Source: Eledone cirrhosa
Lineage: Eukaryota
Assembly: GCA_964016885.1 (NCBI GenBank)
Contig: OZ024740.1
Location: 237,088,001-237,152,000 of the forward strand
Length of the DNA stretch: 64,000 bases
Reading direction: 5' to 3'
The notes beneath the pieces were generated by a model. It ran no database searches and had not been told where the DNA came from. It saw only the letters and a program-made list of their open reading frames with translations. A program made the position numbers and the translations under genes. This document shows, piece by piece, positions 51,401 through 64,000 of the stretch (the stretch's first letter is position 1; every line of letters starts with the position of its first letter).

Positions 51401-52121
51401 GTAGTTCACAAAAGGTTGTCGTGTAAGAATTGTCCAGTTGTCCTCTATGTTGTATGTATCTAGCTCGTCATCCCTCTCATCAAGTGCATCCTGTCGTGCC
51501 TTTCTAAACCTATATTTAACTGAGAAGTCCTTTAGCTTCCACACCCTCTGTCTCCATATTTTCGTGCAGGACTTGTTTATGTCACTAATAACTAACTTGT
51601 GTTGCGCAGTATATTCTTACCCAAGGAAGGCCTTAGTATTTATTGCAGCCCTTTTAACTTGTTATCTAACAAGTAATCAATTTGGCTTGTATTCACTAGA
51701 TTGATATGAAATCAGGTGGTTGGTTGGTTCCCTGAAATTTGTGTTGCAGATGGTTAGTTCATTTGCATCACAGAGTTACAGGAGTGTCTGGCCTTCATTC
51801 GTTGAGCCATAACCATAGCCACCATGAACTCCACTGAATCCATCATGGTGCTGTTCCACATGTCTATTAAAGTCACCTGCCAGGATGATGAGGTCTCTTT
51901 TGTCAATACCTGAAATTGTCTGTAAAAGTTCCTCATACAACCTCTCCCTTTGTTCTTTACCCAGTCCTGCCTGTGGAGCATAGGTATATGTGATTGTCAC
52001 CAGTCTATTTCCTACAGTTAATCTAAGCTTGATTATTCTGTCACTCAAACTACCTCTATCACCTTATCTAGCCATTCCTCAGCTAGTAAGATGCCTACAC
52101 CTCTTACCCCATCGTCATTCC
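48478..52121 (-). mobile_element. Older near-full-length RTE copy (family D), split by a nested RTE-B and cut at its 5' end by a mariner
   Basis: SDRIIKLRL..YAPQAG, GDFNRHV..GGYGYG, ELLCLDD, LERNEAIMFRWMC; colinear with the 6799-9834 ORF. Confidence 0.88.
49499..50538 (+). mobile_element. RTE family B, 5'-truncated, nested in family D
   Basis: Near-identical to ~2244-3266; (TGA)n tail. Confidence 0.95.
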
Positions 52122-53168
52122 TAGATTACATTATTCAAAATTTTTGAGTGCTTAATTAAAAAAAAATGGCACTTGTAGAATATCGCAGATATCATCAAAA
52201 GAAATAATTGGTGTTTCAACGTGCATATTAATGCAACAAATTATCATTGGATTAGATATTTTACATCTGGAAGAGATTTTGATGATTAATCAGGCAGACC
52301 AATTGAAATTGGAGTTGGGACCAAAGAATAATGCAAGAAAATCATCCTTTCTGAGTGAAAAATTACAACTTGAGAGCTTTGTTTTGACTTGATATCAGCA
52401 TTGGTCAAGTTCTTAATTTCTGGGGCATTGTGGCATTCGAAAGATGTGTTTGGGATTTATGCCAAAGTTTTTGACATGTGAAATGTGTGACAACTGACAC
52501 AGAGCCTGTGAAAGCAACTTCAACATTCTGAATATGGTTCAACATTTATTGAAAATATTGTCACCATTAATGAGACTACTCTAAGTCTATACCTTCCTGA
52601 ATCAAAATGAGACTCCAAAGAATGGAAATTTCCAGGTGAAATTGCATGGAGATAATTGAGAAGTAGGGCAAGTCATCGACATGCATGAATGCTCATAGTT
52701 TTCTGGGATTACTTGCGCACTGTGTCAATTGATTTTGCTGATAGAGGTGTCTCACTAAATTCTAATTATTATTGTGAATGCAGAAAAACGAAAATGAAGA
52801 AGAGACACGTTTCAATTGGGTTTCTGCAGGACAACGTATCAATTCACAATAGTGCTAAAAAAAATGAAGCTAATTCTTGACATTGGCTTGGAGTTGATCA
52901 AACATTCTCATTACAGCCTTGATTTGGCTATCTCTTTAGACATCTGAAGAAGTATTTGCAAGATAAAAACTTTACAAAAAAGTATCTCAAGTCAAGTCAC
53001 TGATTTCCTTAGCAAACAGGGATCTGGTTTCTTCAGAAGTGCATGATGAACTAGTATGCTGGTGGAAAAAATACGTTGATCAAAATGGCTTATATATTAG
53101 AAAATAATACCTATATTATTAAATGTGTTCATACATTTTCTCACTATTTGAATGCACTATGTAATCTA
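52122..53168 (+). mobile_element. Decayed mariner-type DNA transposon
   Basis: TIR TAGATTACAT..ATTCAAA / TTTGAATGCACTATGTAATCTA; transposase remnants IVTINET..YLPESK..SKEW, MLIVFWD, FLQDNVSIH, HSHYSLDLA. Confidence 0.85.
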
Positions 53169-55712
53169 AGGAAGATTTAGTTGCTAGTTTTTGCTACTCA
53201 TGTGACCAGAGCAGGTTGAGGCAACCTTTTTCAAGCAGTGGGCCGCATAGGATATGGTCCATACTACTAAAAAATTAAAGGCAATTTTGAAATTAGGAAT
53301 GCCATTCAGAAAGGTAAAAGGGCTTCCCATGACTGATATAGAAGCTCCCAATTAATGCAGTAGTAGAAGCAGCAACATTAATATGAATGATTTCTCTTCT
53401 AGAAAGAAACAATATGTTCAGTATATTACTGGTATTTTATTAATACAAAAGAGCTGAAGGACACTTAACAAACAAAATCTGAAGTGTAAAGCCCAGAATT
53501 AGATATTGCACAATATCTGTGACCTTTAGTGCATATTGTTGCAGGGAACTTAGTTTCTGTAAGTCTTTACTCTTTGCATATTTGCAAATCATACCTACTT
53601 CCATCTAGCCAGAACTAATCAATGTACCATCTTATCATTGACATCAGCATTAAATGCATTAGGTACACTCTGTAAAGTGGTTGGTGTTTGGAAGGGCATG
53701 CAAAAAGAATAGAGAGGTCTCTTCAGTTACATCACATCAAGGACATGACAATCTCTCTAGTGCTGGGAATATTGTAAAGTGGTTGGAGTTAGGAAGGGCA
53801 CCCAGCTATAGAAATAACAAATTTGAATGATTTGGCTCTCCAACTTGTCAAGGAAAGTGGCTCTGATTAAGTATTGATTTGGTCTGACTCAATCTGGTCA
53901 ATCCATGCCAGCAGAGAAAAAAGACATGAAATGATGTTGACAACGATCCTTCGAATAACATCTAAAACCTAATTTCTTGAAACGTGTACTATAGAATCAG
54001 GTATCTTGCAGTCTTTTTAACTGATACTTACACAACCTTCTCATGTACACATGAAAGACTCATACACTGATAACATCATACTCAGAACCTCCCACTTGAC
54101 ATAAACCTCTAGGAACCAGTTTCAAACAATCTGATTTAACGCTTTAGCAATTAAATTACTCTATATATACTATTGTATTTTTGTGGTAAAAACTTTATCT
54201 TAGATAATTATCTTGTATAATATCGAATCTACAAGATTTGATGTTATTTACTTTGAGAACCATACCTAATCAGTATGAGTAGCTAGTTACAGCCAGTTTG
54301 AAAAGAGGTGAGAGAATTCTGGCTGGTTTAAATAGCGCCTACCAAGTCCATCTTCTCATTGCTTACTAGCAACATCAGATTAAACCATCATACTCAATTT
54401 GAACATACCATACCCAGAAGACAAATATACTTGGAATTACATACAACATACATTAGATAAGGTGTGGGAATCTAACATAACCAAAAAAACAAAAGTTAGA
54501 TTATTCAAAGCTACAGTAGAATCAATATTACTGTATTGCTGTGAATGATGGTTGGTGACAATACCTATCACCAAAGCTTTAGACGGTTGTTACACACAAA
54601 ATGCTAAGGATAAAAATCATCAAACCTCTCAACTGTGTTAGAAACAAAATTCCCTACAGCAACCTCTTGCCCATTTGCCATACCATTCATATCAAGCATC
54701 TTCATGTCATTAGAGGCAACTAACCTGCTACAAAACTTCTACTATGGGAGCCAACTAATATGAAACGTGAACATGGAACAGCTCTCAGTGTCATTGAAGA
54801 AAATACAAAATTGTCTGGTGAAAAACTGAGGCAGTTAATGTTATATCGTGTGAGATGGAAAGATTTTATGTCATCACAAAGAAGCAGATGGCTTTGGTTG
54901 TTAGTTACATAGTAAAAAGTGAAAAATAACACACAAAAAACATACTCAATTGAGCAGCAGAAAGAAACAAGAGTAGTGTACCAAAAGTACATTAGATGCA
55001 ACATTATAGCCATTCAGCTGGAGCTTCCCAATCTTTATACAACCAACTACAAAGAAGATAAAACTGCACTTCACATCATCATAGATTACACACAGACCAA
55101 CTACATGGAACAAAAATAATTAAAAGTATCAACTAAATACTAACAGCCCATGGCACTGCTATATCATCTTAGAAGCACTCACACATAAACATATATATAT
55201 ATAAAGCATGATGTGCAGAGATGCTATAAAATAAGACGAAAAGATGGAAAAAGAAGTTGCCTCAACTGCTATGAGGAATTGAACCTCATAGCAGCCAATG
55301 GCAACTTCTTTTAAGGGTCTTCACCCTATTTTATAGCATCTCCGCGCATGAGCACATCAAAGTCCAATCTCTCGGCTACACATATATATATATATATATA
55401 AGAATAGCATCTCTTGCTCAGACAAATACATAAACAAATGTGAATGGCACCATATCAATAACTCAGTTTAAAACACTATACTGTGAGGTACACCACCAAA
55501 GAGAGGTGCAGAAGAACAGCCACTAAGGAGAAAAAAAAATTCCCATTATAAATCTGTGTAAGAACCTTTATATTCCAAACACCAGCCTAATAATTAAAGT
55601 TATATTAACTACTAAATCCCTCCAAACTTTTGATTATTTGAAAATCAGTCGTTCATTAGAAATACAATAACGAAAGGGTTATAGTTGTCTTATTAGAATT
55701 TATAGTAATAAG

Positions 55713-55998
55713 AAAATAATTGTTTCTGCATTACTGGTACTTTATATTATCGACCCCGTAAGGATGAAAGGCAAAGTTAACCTCGACGGGATTTGAACTC
55801 AAACCGTAAAGGGACGTAACTATGCTAGAAAGCATGGCATCCAACCCTAGTAACAAGAAAATAATTGTTTCTACTTTAGGCCTCAAGGATGAAAGGCCAA
55901 GTCAACTTCGGCGGGATTTGAACTCAGATCGTAAAGGGACGTAACTATGCTGGAAAGCATGGCGTCCGACCCTCTACCGATAGTGCTAATCCACCGCC
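55713..55998 (-). mobile_element. Tandem pair of tRNA-derived SINE units
   Basis: Two reverse copies of the 45835 family bounded and separated by TAGTAA(T/C)AAGAAAATAAT. Confidence 0.85.
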
Positions 55999-56710
55999 TA
56001 GTAACAAGAAAATAATATTGCCACCTCAGACAAATTGTAATAAATTAGAGTTGCGTGGGATAAAAAAAAAATTTTCAAGTGAAATGACATGAAGGGAGCT
56101 AAGTTTCTTCCAGTAATTTTACAATGTATGAATAGCAGGCAACATAGATGGAAATATTTTGTAAAAAGAATAAAACATTTAAGTAGAGATGACCAGTGAG
56201 AAAAATGAGCCTAACCTATAAAATACAATGTCATAAAAGCCTGATTCATTCCAGTTGTCTGATTAAAACTTATCTTAGCATTATCCCATAACTAGAAAAC
56301 TGCATCAGTAAGCAATAATCATTATCAACAGAATGATTTGAACTTAGAACACTGGAACAAATGCTGCAAGGCATTGTCAAATACTTTAACTGCCATTTCA
56401 CTACTTGAAACTGGAATTTTATCAATCCTGGAAGGATGAAAAGCAAAGCTGACTTCCATGAGATTTAGATTTAGAATGCAAGGAGATAAAATAAATATCA
56501 CAAGAACTTGGCCCTATCTTTTAATGATTACCAATTTGCTGCCTACTAATAAGCACTCAGGAATCAAAAGAACTAAGGAGAAACAAGGTTAAAACAATGT
56601 TGATGATGAAGATTAAGAGCAACAAAAAAACACATGAAGAAATTTATTCAAAGTTGTCTAATTGATGAGTTGTTAAAGAAAAAAAAAAAAATGAATAAAT
56701 GACAACATTT

Positions 56711-56716
56711 TTTATT
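56711..56716 (-). terminator. Candidate polyadenylation signal of PSMA5
   Basis: AATAAA on the minus strand ~155 nt past the stop, followed by a U-rich tract (56679-56691). Confidence 0.55.
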
Positions 56717-56869
56717 GAAAAAGAAGCCTGATTGTGATAGGAGCGGTATACACAGTACTACCTCACAAAAAGTGATGAGGGTAGTGCAAGCAGTGAAATA
56801 GACTGTTCATGTAATCAGGTTTCCATGAAAAAATTCTGAATTAAAATGTATGTTGGTTATATTTTAAGA

Positions 56870-56956
56870 CTATTTACCATTTATTTTACCAATATCATGT
56901 TCAAGATCTTCTTTGGAACACATGTGAAAGTTATTCTCTCGCGTCACAGTTGCCAT
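56870..56956 (-). CDS. PSMA5: Proteasome subunit alpha type-5, last coding exon (MATVTRENNFHMCSKEDLEHDIGKINGK*)
   Basis: TTTGCAG acceptor, phase 0, TAG stop; matches the alpha-5 C-terminus (ATV...NFHM..KEELE). Confidence 0.9.
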   Translation of the reverse strand: MATVTRENNFHMCSKEDLEHDIGKINGK

Positions 56957-57946
56957 CTGCAAATAGAACAATAGTTGGAGCAGAACAACAATAATGATGA
57001 GTAACAGAGACAATTGATTCGATTAACGCAGGCGTTGTAAATGCGATGCTGTTAAGTAAAACTAGTCACTCCTGCTACACATGGTTAGGATAATCAGCAA
57101 GGTAATTTACATGTTCAGCTGTGACTGGTTGTTGTTTAGCTCCATGTTTGCTCTGATCCAACATACCTATTTGCTCAAATGATTAGCAAATGTATGGTTA
57201 CATTGATGTTTGGACTTATAATATTCAATGATTGTAGAATACAGGTGCTAGAGCCATGTTTTAGCAGACAACCAGATATAAATAGCTTGTGTTAAGTTTA
57301 TTATTATCCACAAAATGAGTTTTATTTTTATTGGTAATTTATAAGTATTGGCAATAATTATCTTCTCTCTAATTTTCCACACTTGATAAGTGAAATATGA
57401 TCTACACCTTCCTGGAATATATAGCATTTAGATGAGAACTGCAGTTTATAAATAAGAGATATTGATTTAATATCTTGTCACAAATGATTCAGTTTGTTAT
57501 CAATGATCAAAATTTGTTGTAATTTGAGCCGAGGGAGCATCTACAGTGGTACAATGTACTAGAAATAGCAACCATATTCCCCAGCAAATCATACAAAGTT
57601 TACTATCTGAAGAAAAAAGATGGGATCGTCATGCGTGGAGTGCTAGTGACCATAGGTCTGCTTAACCAGGACTAGATTGATAGCCAATACAATTAATATT
57701 TATTCAACCTATCTTAATACAAAAATTCAACCATCCCCATAAATTCACTGCTCTGTCAAATCTTACCACACTTGTCATACACCCATATCAGTTTTCACCC
57801 TCCCACAGAAGGGTAAAGAGGGTTAAAAACATGACAACCCTCCTCTCTCCAGAGCTGGTGCCACAATAAAATGCACCTAGTGCACTCTGGCAATGGTGGC
57901 AATATATGTAAGTAAGATGTGAAACAGCTATGAAGATAATACTTAC

Positions 57947-58033
57947 CTCAACATTATTTGAATCTAGATTTTCTTCCATGACTTGCTTCAAAATCTTTAG
58001 AGCTTCCTGACGTGCATCTTCCAGCTTCATTGA
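57947..58033 (-). CDS. PSMA5: PSMA5 exon (SMKLEDARQEALKILKQVMEENLDSNNVE)
   Basis: CTTTTAG acceptor, GTAAGT donor, 87 bp; ILKQVMEE motif. Confidence 0.95.
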
Positions 58034-58630
58034 CTAAAAGAATAAATAAGGTAAAAGAGAAAAGAAAAAAATCAGATGAACACTTGGATAATGCAATCTT
58101 CCACATGTGATTATTTACTATTCGAAATAAATTGTAACAAGTACAAATTTTACTACTGCCTTTACTACTAGTATCAACAACTATGTCTAATACTATGACT
58201 ACCATCAACTCTTGTTTCTACTATCACCACAACACTTTCAATAAATCGAAAGAGACCTTTCTTCTCCCATACAGTCTACTTTTCAATAGTTCTATTATTA
58301 AAGTTTACTTTGTAAAATCTTACCTACTACTGACTCTTACCAGATTTCATTCATCACCATCTTTCTATACAATTATTTCATATATAGTCTGATACCTCAA
58401 ATTTAACAAGGTTAGAGTGTTAAAATCTTGTTGCTGTCACTGCACAATGCTCATAGCTAAACAAAACATTACTTTATTTACGTCAGTCACTTTGACTGAC
58501 AAACAGGTTTTCTTGCTACTTCAATGTCGAATGGTAAGCAATAAGGTGGACATGTTATAAAAACAAAATCACCAATTTCTGATGACATGGTTAAAACAGA
58601 TGCCAAACATATAGACATATTAAATAATAC

Positions 58631-58733
58631 CTTATCATAGACTTCCTTTAGTGCCTGCTGTGCTCCTTCTGATCCAGATCCAATAGCTTTAGCATCATAC
58701 TGAATGAAAGTGCCGGATGGATCCATATGGAAT
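58631..58733 (-). CDS. PSMA5: PSMA5 exon ([34 protein letters not shown])
   Basis: GATAG acceptor, GTATT donor, 103 bp; phase continues from the upstream exon; diagnostic alpha-5 sequence. Confidence 0.97.
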
Positions 58734-58781
58734 CTATCAAAGGTAACAGAAAAAAAAGAAAAAAAAAATCCGTCATTTAAC

Positions 58782-59202
58782 ATAATAATAATGAAATTAT
58801 TGTGTACAGTGCTCAGGTGCACTACAACTCATCAAAGGTGCATGTATAGTACATAGAATAATGTACAAATGTCAGGAAAATGAACAGTGTATGAGTCATG
58901 ATATAATAATAATAATAATGAAATATTGTGTAAGTGCCCAGGTGCACCACAACTCATCAAAAAGTGCATGTACAGTACATAGGGCAATGCACAAACATCA
59001 GGAAAATGAACAGTGCACGAGTCATGATACACACGTGTGCATGTGTATGGAAGGGGTACATCAGGTGTAGTTTTGGCGTATTTCGGGAAGCATGAGTGTC
59101 TCGGCAGCTAACAACTGACGCAGGCAGTTTGTTCCATGCTTCAGCAACTCTGAGCGTGAAAAAATGTCTACGAAAGTCATGGGAGCTGTGCTGTTTTCTC
59201 AT
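58782..59202 (-). mobile_element. CR1-type LINE 3' end with tandemly duplicated 3' terminus, in a PSMA5 intron
   Basis: RRHFFTLRVAEAWNKLP; two ATAATAATGAAAT.ATTGTG tail units at 58782 and ~58905. Confidence 0.85.
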
Positions 59203-60217
59203 ATTAAACTAAGACGATGTTCCCTGTATATATATCTACATTACTGGGACCTCATATTGATCTGTTTTTCAAAAATAATACCCAGCTGCCCCATTTTTTC
59301 ACATATATGTTAAGAAAATTACATACCCTTAGGTTTGAACTTGTAACCTTTTCATCAAATATAAGGTTTCAACACACTCAACTACTATGTCATAACACTG
59401 CAGGGATATATTATTTTTCTTCTTTGTTTATTATTTGATAACCAGAAGTGGATTGGCAGAATTGTTAGAGTGTAGGAGAAAATATTTTGCAGTATTTGTT
59501 CTGGTACATTGTGTGTTGAGTTCAAATCCTGGCGAGGCTAACTTTGCCTTTCTTCCTTTCAGAGTTGATATAATCAACTTACATTTCCCTCAAAATTGCT
59601 GCCCATGTGCCAAAATTAAAAAAAAACATTATTTGATAAGCAGCAGAGGGATAACATCCATTGCTTGTGGATGCATGTAGGCATGTTTATATAATTGGTC
59701 GCCCACATATTTTCAGACTACAAACAAACAGAAATATATTGCAAAAATTACAAACACAAAAAAAATGAAACTGACACAGTTTGGATTTACTTTATTATGT
59801 TCTACAATTAGAAAATCAAATAAGATTTTGTCATCATACAAAAATGACACTGTTGATGTCATGATAAAATGCAACCAATCCACCTTGTCAGGTGGTAGTG
59901 GTGGGATCACTACCACCTGACAAGAATCTGCCACAAGAATGAAGTGTCTCGCATTAGGAAAAGCCTCCAGTCATAGAAACCATGCCAAAATGGAATGTAT
60001 GAACAAGATAGACATCACACCTATACATGACAACCCATTTATCCAATGCAAGCATGGAAAATAGATGTAAAATGATGATGATGACAACTATTTGGTTCAG
60101 CATAAGAGGGTAACTTGGCTTTGTGTTATAACCACTAAAACCTCCACCATCAGCATTAAACAATTCAGTACAAGAGAGTTGTGCAATAGAAGTTTCTCAA
60201 TATATACAGTTACTTAC

Positions 60218-60276
60218 AGTTGAGGCCCTTTCTCATCAATACCAGCAAACAGCAGTGCTACACCAAATGGACGGCT
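60218..60276 (-). CDS. PSMA5: PSMA5 exon (SRPFGVALLFAGIDEKGPQL)
   Basis: TTTACAG acceptor, GTAAGT donor, 59 bp; RPFGVALL proteasome-alpha motif. Upstream exons were not found in this window. Confidence 0.96.
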
Positions 60277-61370
60277 CTGTAAAGAAAATTTAAGTTTTCA
60301 AATGTGTGTAGTCTTTAAGATATATCAATATAAGGGATTATAACTATCACAATCCTCATTTTTGCATTCACTTTTCCATGCTGGCATAGGTTAGAAGAGA
60401 ATTTTTGAGACATTATTCTATGGCTGGATGCTCTTTCTGATGTCAATTCTTGTTTATTTTTAAATATTGTAGCTATTCCACTGATCTTCAACTGTGGAAC
60501 TTCTAAGCTGCACAATATAAACAAATGGCACCATTGTTCAGGCACTGTCAGCATGAAGACAAATGGGGATAAACATAAAACATACATACACACATATGGA
60601 CTTCAACAGTTTCCACCTACCAAATTTCTTGCAGGGGAAGCGAGAGAGAGAGGCGAAAAAGAGATATAGAGAAAAAAAAAAAAATCCACCCAGTACTGGA
60701 CTGGTACATTTTTTATCGACTTCTAAAGTTGATTTTGAATTCAGAGGATTCACAGAGAACCAGAACGAATACCACAAAGAAATCTATTCAGCGTTTTAAT
60801 GACTAGCAAATTGCAGCCTCAGAATATACAACAAAGAGACTAAAAGCCAAAAATAAACCGGTGTTCTACGACATCAAGGGAAGTAACTCTGTAACACTAT
60901 AGCCCTGCATTATTAATTATTTCTACTTTTGTCACAAGGCCGACAATTATTCCAGTGCATTACTGGTACTTTATTTTATCGACCTCGTAAGGATGAAAGG
61001 CAAAGTTAACCTCGGCGGGATTTGAATTCAGACCACAAAGGGCCGTAACTCTTTGCTGCAAAGCATGGCCCTACATTATTAATATACACAATTTATGTGC
61101 TACTTCCACAAACCTATTCGATTTGTACCATGGTAATAGGGAGATTGGATCGCAGCATACCATAAGAGGTGACTAATAGCTAGAACTTCTCACTATTAAA
61201 AACTGTCTCAAAATCTCCCGGTGTCTTCTTTTTGTTTTGATCGTGTCAAGATGGCATAAATAGAACAAGATGAGAAGGGGTGCAAGAGTAGTCATTGAGC
61301 TCACAAAGAGTGTGATGGAAGAGCCTTGACAATTAACTAACTGGTTATAAAATTAACCGATGAGTGGATT

Positions 61371-62422
61371 CATCATCATCACCGTTTTACGTCCGTTCTT
61401 CCATGCTAGCATGGGTTAGACGGGTTGTCCTGTTGTGGGCAGTGTCTGGTCGGCTGACCATGCCTTGCTCATACAGGAACTGATTTTGGCTTGGTTTCTA
61501 CAGCTGGATGCCCTTCCGAACACCAACCTCATTTACAGTGAGTGCTGGGTGCTTTTTTCCGTGGCACCTACACGTCCACTTTACAGTGTGAGCTGGGTGC
61601 TTTTTTGCCGTGGCACCTCCACGACCACTTTGCAGTGGGGTGTGGGGGCATATTGTCTATATGCTTCAGCTTGTACCCATGGGAGGTCGGGTACTCTGTA
61701 TTACTGCGTGACGCCAGAGGTCACGGTTGTGTGTCATCGCCTTTGAGAAGTGCAACTGGGTAAGGTCGGCCCCTATCACCTCATCCCAGGTCTTCTTGGG
61801 TCTCCCCACTCCGCAGCTTCCATTGACTTCTAGTGCTCTGCACCTTTTTATGCAGCTGTCATCCTTCATACGCATCACATGTCCATACCAACGCATTGCC
61901 TCTCCTGCACACAGCATTTGATTCCTCTGATGCTCAACCTCTCTCTCAATTCATTTATGCTTTGCCGTTCGCGTATAGAATGCAGGCTTCGTTTCTTTCT
62001 AATCTACGTAAGTCTTCCACCTTCAGCGCCCAGGTCTCACTACCATGTAACATTGCTGTTCGGATACACGCATCATACAGTCTGCCTTTCATTTTGAGGG
62101 AGAAGCCTTTTGCAGCTAGCAGTGGCAGTAGTTCCCCGAACTTCTTCCATCCTGTTCTTACTCTAGTTATTGTACTTTCTGAACACCCACCTCCGCTGCT
62201 AATTCGGTCACCTAGGTAGCAGAAGCTGTCTCCTGTTTCTACAGAGCCCTCCCAGAGATTGGTGGTACTTGTTTTCTGTGGCTGTTTGCTGCTTGCTGTC
62301 CCAGCACAGCTGCTATGTGTGAAGCCTACATTCTTAATTAAGCTTCCTGAGATCCCGCTACATCTCTTGTGTACCCATTGTTTGCATTTGGGACAGAGAA
62401 TGGAGTTCCTACCTACACTACC
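61371..62422 (-). mobile_element. RTE family B, 5'-truncated, in a PSMA5 intron
   Basis: Reverse match to ~2195-3266 with small deletions. Confidence 0.93.
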
Positions 62423-63221
62423 TGGATTACTTATTCAATTATAGACTGAAGTGAAACTTAACTGGAGCATCTTTTTATTGGCAGTGTGATACTCCCAAAG
62501 TATAATGTATAATATACATATATTGTATATATAGTCCTGTAACTCCTAAGAGTCGTAGGGGTGCTGTATGTCAATACAGTGTTTCTTGGGCATTTTAAGC
62601 CTGGCGGAGCCCTTAGTGGCATATTGCTGGGGTGCAGCTGCAAGAAATGCACCCAGCATACTCTCTAAAATTAGACATTTGCTGAAAGCACATGGTACAG
62701 TGAGACATATGCTAACCACATGTATAGTAAATCAAGTAAAACAGGACAGCTTCATAACTAATGAGTAGTGTTGCAGTAGTATTATTAACTGCTACAAAGA
62801 CAAAGGAGATGCACTGGACAGAGGAAACTATAGAGTTGGTGGACCAGGTCATGAAAATGACTGAAATAGTTATTGCAAACTAATTAGGGATAGAAATATT
62901 ATAGACGAGATGCAGTTTAGCTTTGTGTCTGGTAAAGATACCACAAATGCCTTCTTCCTTGAGAGATAGCTGTAAGAGACTGCATTGGTATGGGCATGTG
63001 CATGATGACAGCTGCATTAAGAAATGCAGAACGCTAAAAAATATGGAAGGGAAAGACCTAGTAAAATTTGGTGTGATGACTGACTTCACAAAGACTTGCC
63101 TTTCCCCATAGAAGTAGAGAGGTGGAACATTTAAGTCTCCACCTGCCAGTATACTCTCAATTTCCTTTTCCAAGGAGCATCAATGTAGCAGATAAATTCC
63201 CCAAAATCACACCTAATTATC

Positions 63222-64000
63222 TTAACCCTTTCATTACCAAACCGCCCGAAAAAAATGTTGGTTCATGTGACCAAGCCGCCCGTACTCACACATTCATATT
63301 TAAATGGGAATATCAGAGCAAATCTCGTTAGTACATTCGTGAAAACACGTGATTATACTACGTAAACAATTGAGCTACAGTTTTGGACAAATATCGACGT
63401 GTTATTTTAATTCTGTGAATTTTGGGAGATTTTTTTCCAAATTTATTCCTGTTGCGTTTTGAAAATTTTTAATTCTGACAAAAAGTGGATACCAATTTCA
63501 TTCAGTCAAGCAGCGAGTCAGGATTCGAAGGATTTTCTACTGAAGACCTTGAAAAATCTAACTCTATAACTGAAAAAAAAAAAAAAAAAGCACGTGGTAT
63601 TTGATAATGAATCCGATGTTTCATTTTCTGAGAGTGAAAGCAGTGAATCCGAGAGCTCCGATGACAGCGATAAAGAAAATGAATTGGCACCTGAATGGAG
63701 TAAAAATTTAAAAACGGTTTCTTTCAGTGATTTTTATGAAGAAACTGGACCAAGTCACAGTCTATCCCAGGAGAGCAAAGTTTTAGACTATTTCCTTTTA
63801 CTTTTTCCTATGAGCTTGTTTTGAAATTATTACGGCGGAAACAAATTGTTACGCTGAAAGTAAACAAAGCGAAAAAAAGGATAGTTTGTGGTTTCCCACA
63901 AGCTTAAATGAAATTAGGGCTTATTTTGCCATAAATATTATTATGGGCATTAGAAAGCTAGCCAGAATTACAAATTACTGGAGTAACGATGAACCCTTTG
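63222..64000 (+). mobile_element. piggyBac transposon, left end and transposase N-terminus (frameshifted), continues beyond window
   Basis: TTAA-CCCTTTC terminus; acidic N-terminus, DYFLLLFP, ..AETNCYA..WFPTSLNEIRAYFAINIIMGI..YWS typical of piggyBac/PGBD transposases. Confidence 0.88.

Noticed and set aside
60277-64000. Further upstream PSMA5 exons
   Set aside because: No segment resembling the expected NHWF.YNE.M.VES.TQAV exon was found by eye; it probably lies beyond the window.

Overview
AT-rich, microsatellite- and transposon-dense eukaryotic DNA; the repeat content resembles coleoid cephalopod (Octopus-like) genomes, which is an inference. Two host genes are visible, both on the minus strand. 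One is the last four coding exons of proteasome subunit alpha-5 (PSMA5; 60276-56870, GT-AG introns). The other is a probable first coding exon MGNCITQCCGKDK (14656-14616) beneath a CpG-rich promoter. Most of the rest is mobile DNA: at least 4 RTE-clade LINE families (one copy with an uninterrupted ~1012-codon APE-RT frame), a decayed Tx1/L1-like LINE, CR1-like and Penelope-like remnants, several tRNA-derived SINE families, and mariner and piggyBac elements with MITEs. The most notable observations are: (1) a complete C4HC3 PHD finger inserted inside the RTE reverse transcriptase; (2) repeated insertion of these RTEs into (TA)n tracts; (3) a 3'-UTR module shared and shuffled between the RTEs and a SINE; (4) a minimal hammerhead-ribozyme motif; (5) several long fold-back palindromes at retro-insertion junctions. 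No prokaryotic features or CRISPR arrays are present.
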